A stretch of 36,890 nucleotides of DNA from a virus (Duplodnaviria; Caudoviricetes), in the IMG/VR virus record IMGVR_UViG_3300028369_000016, positions 1 through 36,890 of that record; one strand, 5' to 3'. The notes below the pieces were generated by a model, which ran no database searches, had not been told where the DNA came from, and saw only the letters and a list, made by a program, of their open reading frames with translations. Shown here piece after piece: positions 1 through 8,489 of this stretch. Position numbers and translations under genes: made by a program. Position 1 is the stretch's first letter. Each line of letters begins with the position of its first letter.

Positions 1-486
1 CCCGGTCATGTTTTCAGGCTCAACCGCCTGTTGCAAAATGATGTTCGGATAGTAGCTGGCAACATCGAAATCTGATAAGAAATAACCTTCCCCTGCGCGC
101 ACGCTTTGCGCCTTTTCGGTGCTATGGAGGCCACCGATTCCCATTTGATATGACCCGCCGCCTATCTTGATCTTTGTATCTGCCAGCCAGTCGGGCATTT
201 TAATCGAGCCGTTGCCCGACAGTTCAAAATCATGCCCGCATATGCGTTTGAAAATAGCAGTCAGCGTGGGGTCGATAAATGACACCATGCCCGGATCAAT
301 ATAGCGCACAGTGTGGCCATCCTTTAATCGCAACGGGTGCAATACCTTTCCGCTGATGGCTTCAATTTCTGATTTCAAGACCGCCTCGGCGATCTGCGCG
401 TCCGACTTGCTGCGCAGATCAAGCCCATATTGCGCGCCCATATCAACGCGCAAGGCAAGCTGCGGTGCGATCTTATCAGCAAGCGC
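1..486. repeat. Terminal direct repeat, left copy (circular overlap with 36405-36890)
   Basis: 1-486 aligns ungapped to 36405-36890, with mismatches only at 31, 94, 97, 139, 163, 290 and 359. Confidence 0.97.
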
Positions 487-960
487 CTTTGTCACGCGTA
501 AGTCATTGACGCAATAATCACGCACTGCATCCATCTGCGCATCGGTCAAGGTGGCGTCGTGCTGATAGGGCAAGTCCTGAAGTTTTGGCTGATCTATGCG
601 TGCGCCGTAAACCTTCAAAGACGCCTGCCCAGGTAGCACATCAATGATGTCAATCGTATCCCAATCGCGCGGGATCATAACATCAACCGCTTTCCACGGG
701 GGCAGTTTGCTAAGGATTATTTCTTGGCTGACGGCCTTCAATTCTGCACAGTTTCGGTTTTCAAGCGCAGCGGCGATCATGTAAAGGTCATATGAGTTTG
801 AATTGAAACCAAGCGTTGTGTTGGTTTTCATAAAACGCGACAGCTTCGCAACATCCAGCTTTCCATCGCCGCGCATTTCTATATGCGCAACCTTGCCGTC
901 AGCGTTTAGAAAACTGACAAGGAAATAGTTTTTGTATACCTCAACATCAAAGATCAACAT
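1..960 (-). CDS. Family B DNA polymerase, N-terminal part (3'-5' exonuclease domain); continues through the circular junction into 36404..35604
   Basis: Not in the ORF track. ATG at 960 gives MLIFDVEVYKNYFLVSF (ExoI DxE), GFNSNSYD (ExoII) and DYCVND (ExoIII), in frame with 35604..36857 via the repeat. Joined length is about 586 aa. Confidence 0.9.
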   Translation of the reverse strand, partial: MLIFDVEVYKNYFLVSFLNADGKVAHIEMRGDGKLDVAKLSRFMKTNTTLGFNSNSYDLYMIAAALENRNCAELKAVSQEIILSKLPPWKAVDVMIPRDWDTIDIIDVLPGQASLKVYGARIDQPKLQDLPYQHDATLTDAQMDAVRDYCVNDLRVTKALADKIAPQLALRVDMGAQYGLDLRSKSDAQIAEAVLKSEIEAISGKVLHPLRLKDGHTVRYIDPGMVSFIDPTLTAIFKRICGHDFELSGNGSIKMPDWLADTKIKIGGGSYQMGIGGLHSTEKAQSVRAGEGYFLSDFDVASYYPNIILQQAVEPENMTG

Positions 961-977
961 GGGAGTAGCCCACCTAT

Positions 978-1010
978 ATAAAAGAATGGCGGCGAGTTGC
1001 CCCGCCGCCC
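978..1010 (-). terminator. Rho-independent terminator after the SSB gene
   Basis: Minus strand GGCGGCGGG-GCAA-CTCGCCGCC hairpin followed by ATTCTTTT, just after the stop of 1017..1541. Confidence 0.65.
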
Positions 1011-1016
1011 TTGATG

Positions 1017-1541
1017 TCACATGAAGTCGTCAGCCTCATATGGCACATCGTCGAAGTCATCAACCGATGCAGCAACACCATCGCCAAACGGATCACCGTC
1101 TTTGGCAAACTGGACGGCCAGCAGGTTCGCGTTCACACGCTTCCCATAGGTGTTATCCTGCCCCCACAGTTCAATGATGGCGTTGACATAGCACCCGGCG
1201 TAAGGCTTGCCGTCATCCTCAGCCAATGGGGCGCGGTCCGTTCCGATCACCATAGGGCGTTGCTTGGATGATGCCTTGATCGACATTGTTCCGGCATAGC
1301 CGTCATACTCAATCGTATCGCCGTCCTTGAGGCACAACTTGTCAGCAGGCGGGGTTTTGCCTTTGTGCTTTTCCTTGCTCACCGCCGTGATTGCGGCCTC
1401 GATTTCCGCGATCTTGTCGGCGTGCGCTTCTTTGTCGAGCAGGAACGTAGCTTCAAATTTCGTTTCTTCTCCCCCAAAAACAGCCCTGCGAAACAGAGAT
1501 GGGAACGACAGCCGCACGTTAGTCAGTTTAATCTTAGCCAT
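1017..1541 (-). CDS. DUF2815-family ssDNA-binding protein
   Basis: MAKIKLTNVRLSFPSLF...LKDGD...YAGCYVNA...L.AVQF.KDGDPFG with an acidic C-terminal tail (DDFDDVPYEADDFM). AAGGA lies upstream of ATG 1541. Confidence 0.88.
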   Translation of the reverse strand: MAKIKLTNVRLSFPSLFRRAVFGGEETKFEATFLLDKEAHADKIAEIEAAITAVSKEKHKGKTPPADKLCLKDGDTIEYDGYAGTMSIKASSKQRPMVIGTDRAPLAEDDGKPYAGCYVNAIIELWGQDNTYGKRVNANLLAVQFAKDGDPFGDGVAASVDDFDDVPYEADDFM

Positions 1542-1613
1542 TTTCTTTGTCCTTTTGACATTTTCAGTTTTGTTGCGCGAATGTGCGCTTTCGTATCTTA
1601 ACACCACTTTACG

Positions 1614-2717
1614 TTATTCCACAACGTCAAAATCGTCAAGCGTTGCGTTTAACGCAGGGCGGCTGTCGCTGTCCGGGGCAACCGTTGGTTTCCCAGATGA
1701 TGTTGCGATCATATCGGCCACATCGGCCTTGCGCTTGGCACCCAGTGCCTTTTCAGCTTGGGCGGGGCTGATGACTTTAACCACTGTGGCCTTGGCACCT
1801 ATCATCTTGCCCAGTGCCGCCAAGGCTGCATCCTCGTTGATCCAAATGCGCGACGATCTACCCGCCACCAGCTTAAAGCCGGGGAAGCCTTCACCACTTA
1901 GCAGGCGTTCGGTAACGTGTGCCGATACGGCATTGATCCAACCATCTATCAGCGACTTGGCAGATAGCGCCGCCCCGATCTGCGCATCTGTCAACGTGTC
2001 GGGATTGGGTAGCTGATCGAGGTTGTCGAAGTCGGTCAGCAATGTCGATTGGACATGATCGGCAAGGGCTTTGCAGTTGTGCTTTGCTTTGCAGAAACGA
2101 CATTGCTTCTCACCCGGTTGTCGCGCCGCGTCATCGGCCCGCGTGGCGTCAGCGCGTTGCGTTACCCATTCGGCCCAACGCAACAAATCGTCAACGCTGA
2201 TTTCCCATTCGCTGATATGATCAAGGCGGGGCTGAATGATTGCGATGGATACCTTACGCACATCAACGATGTTGCAGACCTCGGCATAAGCCCCCAGGGC
2301 ATAAAGCATCCCTTGGGGGTTGTTTTCAGCAAAGACCTGAACACCCATACCATACTTGAGGTCGCAGACGTGCAAGGTGTCACCGCGCAAGATAACGGCG
2401 TCGGCAGTCCCAAACCCACCTACAACCCAGTCAGAATAATCGACACGCTGCTCGATCAAAACCGTATCGGCATCAACAGACAGGGCGCGAACATAATCAG
2501 TATACACCCGCACAAAATCGGCCATTTCTTGATTGTCAAAATGGTCAAGGGCCGCGTCAGATGTTGTCAGCGCAAACTCTGCTAGGTCGTGAGCGGTTGT
2601 GCCTTCCTGCGTAAACACGCTTGATGTGTCAGGCAGTGTGCTTTCAGCCTTTACACTGCCGGGGCAGTAGAGCCAGCGGTGCGCGTTGGAGGCCCCTAGC
2701 GCTGCGTGCGCAGTCAT
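1614..2717 (-). CDS. DUF2800-family Cas4-like PD-(D/E)xK exonuclease
   Basis: HA.L.AS..HRW..CPGS start, EGT.AH, GTAD...DLKYG, NPQ..LYALG, QPR and CRFCKAK..C motifs. Sits next to DUF2815 as usual. Confidence 0.88.
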   Translation of the reverse strand: MTAHAALGASNAHRWLYCPGSVKAESTLPDTSSVFTQEGTTAHDLAEFALTTSDAALDHFDNQEMADFVRVYTDYVRALSVDADTVLIEQRVDYSDWVVGGFGTADAVILRGDTLHVCDLKYGMGVQVFAENNPQGMLYALGAYAEVCNIVDVRKVSIAIIQPRLDHISEWEISVDDLLRWAEWVTQRADATRADDAARQPGEKQCRFCKAKHNCKALADHVQSTLLTDFDNLDQLPNPDTLTDAQIGAALSAKSLIDGWINAVSAHVTERLLSGEGFPGFKLVAGRSSRIWINEDAALAALGKMIGAKATVVKVISPAQAEKALGAKRKADVADMIATSSGKPTVAPDSDSRPALNATLDDFDVVE

Positions 2718-3043
2718 TGTGCCACCGCCCATGCTGCGAAGGTAGCGAGGTTGTCGCCCTTCAGTTCACCAACGCGCGCCGCGCCAAGTTCCGACAGCTT
2801 TGCCTTGATGTCATCCTTTTTACCCGCCCGTGACAAGGCAAGGCAAACCCGCGTCAGTTCTTCCTGGTTGATTGTGATCAATCGGGCGTCAGCCGTAGGG
2901 GCGTCAGCCGTAGGGGCGTCAGCCGTAGGGGCGTCAGCCGTAAGGGCGTCAGCCGTAAGGGCGTCAGCCGTGCCAAGCCGCGCGGTCAAGGCTTCAATGG
3001 CGGCAGTAAGCTTTTTGATTTCAGTTTCCAGCATTTTTTTCAT
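2714..3043 (-). CDS. Hypothetical protein with TADA(L/P) repeat linker
   Basis: N-terminal MLETEIKKLTAAIEALT helix, repetitive linker and C-terminal helical domain; stop overlaps the DUF2800 start (ATGA). Confidence 0.75.
   Translation of the reverse strand: MKKMLETEIKKLTAAIEALTARLGTADALTADALTADAPTADAPTADAPTADARLITINQEELTRVCLALSRAGKKDDIKAKLSELGAARVGELKGDNLATFAAWAVAQ
2884..2971. repeat. 15-bp tandem repeat x6 (GGGCGTCAGCCGTAR)
   Basis: Units start at 2884, 2899, 2914, 2929, 2944 and 2959 (last one partial). Confidence 0.95.
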
Positions 3044-3115
3044 CCTTGCTTTTTGTTGCCTTTCGTATCTAATCGTGTTTATACGTCAAGGCAAGATGTT
3101 TTTCAGGAGGCAAAA

Positions 3116-3289
3116 ATGCTAACATCAACCGAGTTGGGAAAGGCGCTGGGCATGGCCAAGTCAACCGTTCTCAAGCTGGCCAACGCTGGAAAAATACCAG
3201 CGTTGAAGATCAATGAGCGGGGCGACTATCGCTTTGACCTTGATGAAGTGAAGGGCGCGCTACGTGCGACCGATGGGGCAGATGAATGA
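3116..3289 (+). CDS. Excisionase/MerR-like HTH DNA-binding protein
   Basis: MLTSTELGKALGMAKSTVLKLANAGKIPA...YRFDLDEV (HTH_17-like). AGGAGG RBS precedes ATG 3116. Confidence 0.8.
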   Translation: MLTSTELGKALGMAKSTVLKLANAGKIPALKINERGDYRFDLDEVKGALRATDGADE

Positions 3290-5769
3290 TGCCCGCGCAA
3301 AACCGTGCGCAAGATGTGGCGTTCACATACTGCATCAACTTCGGATCGGCTGAAACCAAACGCGCAGCGTGGCCCAAGTTCGCCGCTACCGTATCTCGAT
3401 CAGAGCCTTTTGACACAAAAGAACAAAGCATCCGGCGCGCTGCTATCGTCGGTGGCGTCAGGCGCGATGAAAAGACAGGGCGCGCTGACAACGTGACATC
3501 CCGCACCATCTTGACGCTGGATTATGACGACTTCCCCAGCGGCACGAACCTTGACGAAATAGAACTTGCCTTGGAGATGGGGTTAGTCTGCACCTTTGTG
3601 GCCTATAGCACTTTCAGACACACACCAGAGGCACCCCGCATCCGCGTCATGGCCCCTTTGTCGCGCGAAGTCAGCGTGGTTGAATATCCACTCATTGTTG
3701 ACGCGGTTGCGGCGCTGATCGGTCTCAACGGAATCGACCCGTGTTCAAAAGTGGTCAACCAGCTTATGTTCATGGCATCGCACCGCACAGGCGTTGATCC
3801 GTGGAGCATCACGGGTGGTGAAGGTGCGCTTGATGTTGACGCGCTAGGCATAGACTTCGGGGGTGTCAGCACAAGCGAACCCGACATCTTTGATCTCGAC
3901 ATGGCGTTTGCATCACAGCCGCTCGACATCAGCGACAGTGATGTTGACAGCTTGCTAGAAAACCACCCTGCAGCAGATTGTGATTATGACGGCTGGCTCA
4001 AAGTGGGCATGGCAATCGCGCATCAATACGCAGGCGCATCGGCGGGATTCGATCGCTGGATGGCGTGGTCGGCACTATCATCAAAGCACGATCCAAAAAC
4101 AATGCGCACCAAGTGGCGGAGTTTTGACGGTAATGCAAACCCCGTCACAATGGCGTCAGTTATCAAAGCTGCAGGGGGGTTGCGGGGCGGTGCTTTGCAA
4201 ATCGCCCCTGCGTCAGAAGTCGCGCTGACCCTTCGTGATGAAGCCATGGGCGTGTCTGACATGGGCGGATATTCGGCTTTCAAAAAGCGCATGGTGTCAT
4301 TGTCATCCGTTCAACTCCCCAACGACTTACGATCTGTTTTGGCAACGGAAGTTCACAAGGCGTTCGGAAAGGCCGAGGGCATGGGCCTGCGGGACATCAA
4401 AAGCGCATTTGCCCCGTTGAAGGTAAAGCGACCCGCAACAGATGATGACGAAGCGCGCGGTCCCATGCCTGAATGGCTTGCGCCGTGGGTATACGGTGAG
4501 GCTGACTGCGTGTTCATCAACACCTCTACATCTGATTATGCAATCAAACGCGAGGCGTTCCGCGCCAAGTTTGACCGCACATCAGAAGCCGTGGCGATGG
4601 AAACCGACGCCGCAAATTATGCCCTTAACATGGCGCAAATACCGACCGTGGTGCGGTCCATGTATTGGCCTGGCCAAGATCGCATGTTTGAGGCAGACGG
4701 CAAGGAATACGTCAACTCATATCATGAAAGCGGTATACCTCACGCCGACTCAATCGACGAAGATGGTGCGCGCGTTGTTGAGATGTTTCTCAAGCACGTT
4801 GAAAACTCAATCGAAGATCCAAGGGAACAGCGCATCCTCTTGGACTTCATGGCCTACATTTATCAGAACCCGGCAAACCGGGTGCAGTGGGGCATCCTTC
4901 TATGGGGGATTGAAGGGAACGGCAAAACATATTTCTACAACATTTTGCAAAATATCATGGGTCGTAATGCCCGCACAATCACCACGTCGATGATTGAACG
5001 GCCATTCAATGACTGGGCAGTCGGGGCGCGCCTGATCGGTATTGAGGAAATCCGAATCAGTGGGACAAACAAGTGGCGCATTCTGGATCAACTAAAGCCG
5101 ATGATATCAAACGACACCATTGCCGTTGAGCCGAAGGGGTCCACTTCATATCACGCGCCAAACTTCGCGTCATACTTTATGACCACAAACCACCAAGACG
5201 CCATCCCTATGTCGGACAACGACAGGCGATACTGTGTTATCTTCACCCGCCACAGGTCGCAAGATGATCTTTTCCAGCAACACGGGGGTGTGAAAGAAGC
5301 GGGGGTTTATTTTGACACGCTGTTTTCCGAAAGCAACCGCCGCGTGGATGCAATCGGACACTACCTCAAGCATCACGTTTTGTCAGAAACCTTCGAACCC
5401 AGGGGGCGCGCGCCGCTGACTGACGGTATCACGGAAATGCGCCAAGCCAACCAGTCAGACGACAAGATGATGCTGGATGATGCAATCGACGAACATAGGT
5501 GCGAGGTGATCAGTGACTATCTTTTGGATATGTCGCACCTGAACACGCTCGTCACGATGGCAGGGGGCGACATACCCACCGGGCGTGCGCTGGCAAACAT
5601 ACTGCGTGAAAAAGGGTTCAAGCCTATCGACAAGCGCCGCATCAAGCGCCGGGGCGCATACCACTACGTCTGGTTCGTGCCGGGGCGTGATAGGGCATCA
5701 GACTGGGCCAAAGCTGCTGTGCTTGCTTGGCACGATAGAGATGACGGCTTCAAAGATGTGCCTTTTTGA
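3286..5769 (+). CDS. DNA primase-helicase (primase N-terminus, PriCT-2, SF3/DUF5906 NTPase)
   Basis: LDYD and YSTFRH..P..PR.R primase-type motifs; YDGWLKVGMA...W..WS..S.K...KWRSF (PriCT_2); Walker A WGIEGNGKT, Walker B IGIEE, TTNH and DRRY. Confidence 0.88.
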   Translation: MMPAQNRAQDVAFTYCINFGSAETKRAAWPKFAATVSRSEPFDTKEQSIRRAAIVGGVRRDEKTGRADNVTSRTILTLDYDDFPSGTNLDEIELALEMGLVCTFVAYSTFRHTPEAPRIRVMAPLSREVSVVEYPLIVDAVAALIGLNGIDPCSKVVNQLMFMASHRTGVDPWSITGGEGALDVDALGIDFGGVSTSEPDIFDLDMAFASQPLDISDSDVDSLLENHPAADCDYDGWLKVGMAIAHQYAGASAGFDRWMAWSALSSKHDPKTMRTKWRSFDGNANPVTMASVIKAAGGLRGGALQIAPASEVALTLRDEAMGVSDMGGYSAFKKRMVSLSSVQLPNDLRSVLATEVHKAFGKAEGMGLRDIKSAFAPLKVKRPATDDDEARGPMPEWLAPWVYGEADCVFINTSTSDYAIKREAFRAKFDRTSEAVAMETDAANYALNMAQIPTVVRSMYWPGQDRMFEADGKEYVNSYHESGIPHADSIDEDGARVVEMFLKHVENSIEDPREQRILLDFMAYIYQNPANRVQWGILLWGIEGNGKTYFYNILQNIMGRNARTITTSMIERPFNDWAVGARLIGIEEIRISGTNKWRILDQLKPMISNDTIAVEPKGSTSYHAPNFASYFMTTNHQDAIPMSDNDRRYCVIFTRHRSQDDLFQQHGGVKEAGVYFDTLFSESNRRVDAIGHYLKHHVLSETFEPRGRAPLTDGITEMRQANQSDDKMMLDDAIDEHRCEVISDYLLDMSHLNTLVTMAGGDIPTGRALANILREKGFKPIDKRRIKRRGAYHYVWFVPGRDRASDWAKAAVLAWHDRDDGFKDVPF

Positions 5770-5775
5770 GGAAAA

Positions 5776-5900
5776 CGGGGCGCGTTGTTGCCAAAAAGGG
5801 CGCATTAAAAAGAATGCGCCCCGACAATGCGCCCCGCACTAACCCTTTGATTTCCTTTATATTTTTCTCTTAAAGATACCAAAGACCAATAAAAGGGTAA
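5776..5900. other. Putative replication origin: nested inverted repeats plus AT-rich tract
   Basis: Four copies of an AATGCGCCC-like unit arranged as nested inverted pairs at 5776-5836, then an AT-rich stretch, directly after the primase-helicase gene. Confidence 0.45.
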
Positions 5901-6151
5901 AATACTGCTAAGCCGGGAAAGTTACACTTACAGAGCCATATTATGGTGTCTCGCAATTAAGTCGTTTGTATAGTGACCGACTTGGAAAGAACGCGCTCCG
6001 CGCCCCGTTGCATAAATACAACACATTTGAGAGCGGCAAAAACACCTTGGAAAAACACCTCTGCTTGCCCCCACCACGCCCAGATACCCGATTGACAATC
6101 CCCGCAAATTGCACGACAGTGGCGGGACACACACACACAGGAGACACCACA

Positions 6152-6298
6152 ATGCCGAAAATTGAACTGAGGATGACCGACGCGGATAAGGCTCGGATGC
6201 AAGCCGCCGCTGACGCAAGCCAACTGCGGCTGGCAACATGGGCCAAGGCGCAACTGATGATGGCGGTCTTGCGCACTGGCCGTGGTGATGGCCAATGA
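6152..6298 (+). CDS. Small ribbon-helix-helix-like regulator
   Basis: MPKIELRMTDADKARMQAAADASQLRLATWAK (beta-alpha-alpha pattern). CAGGAG RBS; TTGACA at 6092. Confidence 0.65.
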   Translation: MPKIELRMTDADKARMQAAADASQLRLATWAKAQLMMAVLRTGRGDGQ

Positions 6299-6630
6299 CC
6301 CCCGCACACCGCGCCGCCATCAAAGCCAACCCGATCCGCCACCAGAACGAGGCCGCGCTGCTCCGAGCCATGAAAAAAGAAGGCCGATTGAAGGTTGATG
6401 CACACCGCCAATTCGCAACACCCAAACCGCGCGCCGAGGTTGAGGCGGATATCATCGCGGTCCTAGATCGGCATGGCCGCATGACAGCCCCCGCCGTATC
6501 TGAGCATCTGGGCAAGTCGCGCAACTTCGCGCATGTCCACCTGGCGCGGATGGCCGAGGAGGGTAAGCTGGTGAGAACGTCGATCAGCACTGGCAAGGCG
6601 CGGATATTTCTGTATGAGGTGGTAAAATGA
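6295..6630 (+). CDS. Winged-helix DNA-binding protein
   Basis: IIAVLDRHGRMTAPAVSEHLGKSRNFAHVHLARMAEEGKLVR; ATGA-coupled to both neighbours. Confidence 0.75.
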   Translation: MTPAHRAAIKANPIRHQNEAALLRAMKKEGRLKVDAHRQFATPKPRAEVEADIIAVLDRHGRMTAPAVSEHLGKSRNFAHVHLARMAEEGKLVRTSISTGKARIFLYEVVK

Positions 6631-6791
6631 CCGACGCCAACACCGCGCTAATCAACGCGCACCTGGACGCAATGGATGACTGGTGCGGAGACTGCCCGGA
6701 CTGCGACGGGGTGGATTGCACATGCGCCCAAGACCACGCCGAAGGGATGGCCGATTACCGCCGCGATTTGCAGATGGAGGATGATAGATGA
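6627..6791 (+). CDS. Small acidic Cys-rich hypothetical protein (54 aa)
   Basis: Below the ORF-track cut-off: MTDANTALINAHLDAMDDWCGDCPDCDGVDCTCAQDHAEGMADYRRDLQMEDDR. ATGA overlaps at both ends. Confidence 0.65.
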   Translation: MTDANTALINAHLDAMDDWCGDCPDCDGVDCTCAQDHAEGMADYRRDLQMEDDR

Positions 6792-6970
6792 CCCAACCCA
6801 CCATAGCCGACCTGTGCCGCCCACTGAGCGCCAAGGTGCAGCCGCAACGCTACGGCCTAGACCACACGCCGCACACACAGGCAGAGGCACGCAAACACGC
6901 AATGAAGGGTGACGGGCAGCGCATTACGGCACGGCTGCGCAGGATGGCGTTGGCAAGGGATAAGCCTTGA
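6788..6970 (+). CDS. Hypothetical protein
   Basis: GGAGG RBS and ATGA coupling to the upstream ORF. Confidence 0.6.
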   Translation: MTQPTIADLCRPLSAKVQPQRYGLDHTPHTQAEARKHAMKGDGQRITARLRRMALARDKP

Positions 6971-6999
6971 CACCTGCCGCGCATTGTGGCCTTTTGCAA

Positions 7000-7224
7000 C
7001 CATGCGGCCCCCTCCTGTGGACCGGCCCGCCCCACCGTTTAACGCCCTGATGCGCGCAAGCGTCAACCCCGTGGCCAGTAATCTGATATGCGGGGAAATC
7101 AGGGATGGGGCAACACACCCGCTTGTCGGGCTTAAGACCTAGAGGACTAGGCACACAACCTCCCGGTAGCGATACCGGACAACCCCGCCCGCCTCTTGAC
7201 AATGCGCCTCTGGCGGGGTTTCTT
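7000..7224 (+). ncRNA. Candidate structured non-coding RNA
   Basis: Nested stems, two GNRA-capped hairpins, TTGACA at 6967 upstream and a terminal GC stem followed by TTTCTT. No convincing ORF here. Confidence 0.4.
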
Positions 7225-7271
7225 ACGCGCATCGCAGCGGGATGCTGCAACACAGATATGGCGGGAAGCCC

Positions 7272-8489
7272 ATGACAGAACAGAATTGGCCAGCCGACAA
7301 AGTTGAGCGCCGCAAGGTTGCCGACCTAATCCCATATGCACGCAACAGTCGGACACACAGCGCCGAGCAGGTTGGACAGATCGCGGCATCCATCAAAGAA
7401 TGGGGCTGGACGGTTCCCGTGCTGATTGAGCCGGATGGCGGGCTGATCGCAGGCCACGGGCGCATTCTCGCACCGCAAAAGCTAGGCATTACCGATGTGC
7501 CGTGCATGATCGCCGAGGGCTGGACGGAAGCTCAAAAGAAAGCCTACATCATTGCTGATAACAAGCTGGCGCTAAACGCGGGCTGGGACAACGACCTGCT
7601 GAAGGTGGAATTGCAGGATTTGGGCGATCTTGATTTCGACCTGTCGCTAACGGGCTTTGGCACTGACGAACTGGCTGCGTTTTTTGTTGAGGAAACCGAA
7701 GGGTTGACAGATGAGGACGCGGTGCCGGATGCTCCAGAGGTTCCCGTGACGGTCCTGGGCGACGTGTGGCTGCTGGGGCGGCATCGGCTCATGTGTGGCG
7801 ACTCGACCAGCATTGGCGCGGTGGAGCGGCTGATGGATGGGCAGCGGGCTGATATGGTGTTTACCGATCCGCCATATGGGGTGGATTACAAGGGGATCAA
7901 CAACGACGATAGGGGTGGCTTGGAGGATTTGCTGCGGTCATCCTTTGGCAACTATCTGGCGAGTTCTAAGTCTGGCGCTGCGATCTACGTATTTCACAGC
8001 GATAGATGCGCAGACATATTCCACACAGTTTTTCGAGAGTTCTTCCATTTTTCCAGCATGATCGTTTGGGCAAAGAACAGTTTGACTCTTTCGCGGACTG
8101 ATTATCAAAGCCAGCATGAGCCTTGCCTCTACGGCTGGATGGATAACGGGACGCACACATTTCACGGCGACCGGAAGCAAACCAGCGTGTGGAAGTTCGA
8201 TAAAGAGCGCGTGGATGGCCATACGACTCCGAAACCTGTTGCGCTAATTGAGCGCGCCCTGTCAAATAGTAGCAAGGGCGGCGACATGGTCACTGACCTA
8301 TTCGGCGGCAGCGGCTCAACCCTGATCGCCTGCGAAAAGACCGCCCGCGACTGCCGCATGATGGAACTCGACCCAAAGTATTGCGACGTCATAATCCAAC
8401 GCTGGCAGAACTTCACCGGCCAGACCGCCACCCTTGAATCCACGGGCCAGCCGTTCGCAGAGTTGCAGGCCGAGCGGGTGGTAGCATGA
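7272..8489 (+). CDS. ParB-N domain plus N6-adenine/N4-cytosine DNA methyltransferase
   Basis: LIPYARNSRTHS..Q...IAASI.EWGW..P, IAGHGR and ADNKLA (ParB); HRLMCGDST, TDPPY, HTTPKP and DLFGGSGSTLIACE (beta-class MTase). Confidence 0.93.
   Translation: MTEQNWPADKVERRKVADLIPYARNSRTHSAEQVGQIAASIKEWGWTVPVLIEPDGGLIAGHGRILAPQKLGITDVPCMIAEGWTEAQKKAYIIADNKLALNAGWDNDLLKVELQDLGDLDFDLSLTGFGTDELAAFFVEETEGLTDEDAVPDAPEVPVTVLGDVWLLGRHRLMCGDSTSIGAVERLMDGQRADMVFTDPPYGVDYKGINNDDRGGLEDLLRSSFGNYLASSKSGAAIYVFHSDRCADIFHTVFREFFHFSSMIVWAKNSLTLSRTDYQSQHEPCLYGWMDNGTHTFHGDRKQTSVWKFDKERVDGHTTPKPVALIERALSNSSKGGDMVTDLFGGSGSTLIACEKTARDCRMMELDPKYCDVIIQRWQNFTGQTATLESTGQPFAELQAERVVA

Noticed and set aside
2884-2971. Repeat array next to a Cas4-like gene as a mini-CRISPR
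   Set aside because: Units are directly tandem with no spacers and are in-frame coding. DUF2800 is a normal phage replication-module nuclease.
3116-3289. Excisionase implying a temperate lifestyle
   Set aside because: No integrase, att site or CI-like repressor was recognised. This HTH type is common next to primases.
6127-6139. (AC)n microsatellite as a phase-variation switch
   Set aside because: Short, and located in an A/C-rich unstructured leader before an RBS; similar ACAC leaders precede other genes here.
7045-7104. Hammerhead ribozyme (CTGATG...GAAA)
   Set aside because: The core would need CUGANGA, but here it is CUGAUGC, and the CUGAU is better explained as paired with AUCAG.
7272-8489. 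ParB as evidence of a plasmid-prophage partition system
   Set aside because: It is the common ParB-N/MTase fusion upstream of terminase genes, and no ParA is present.
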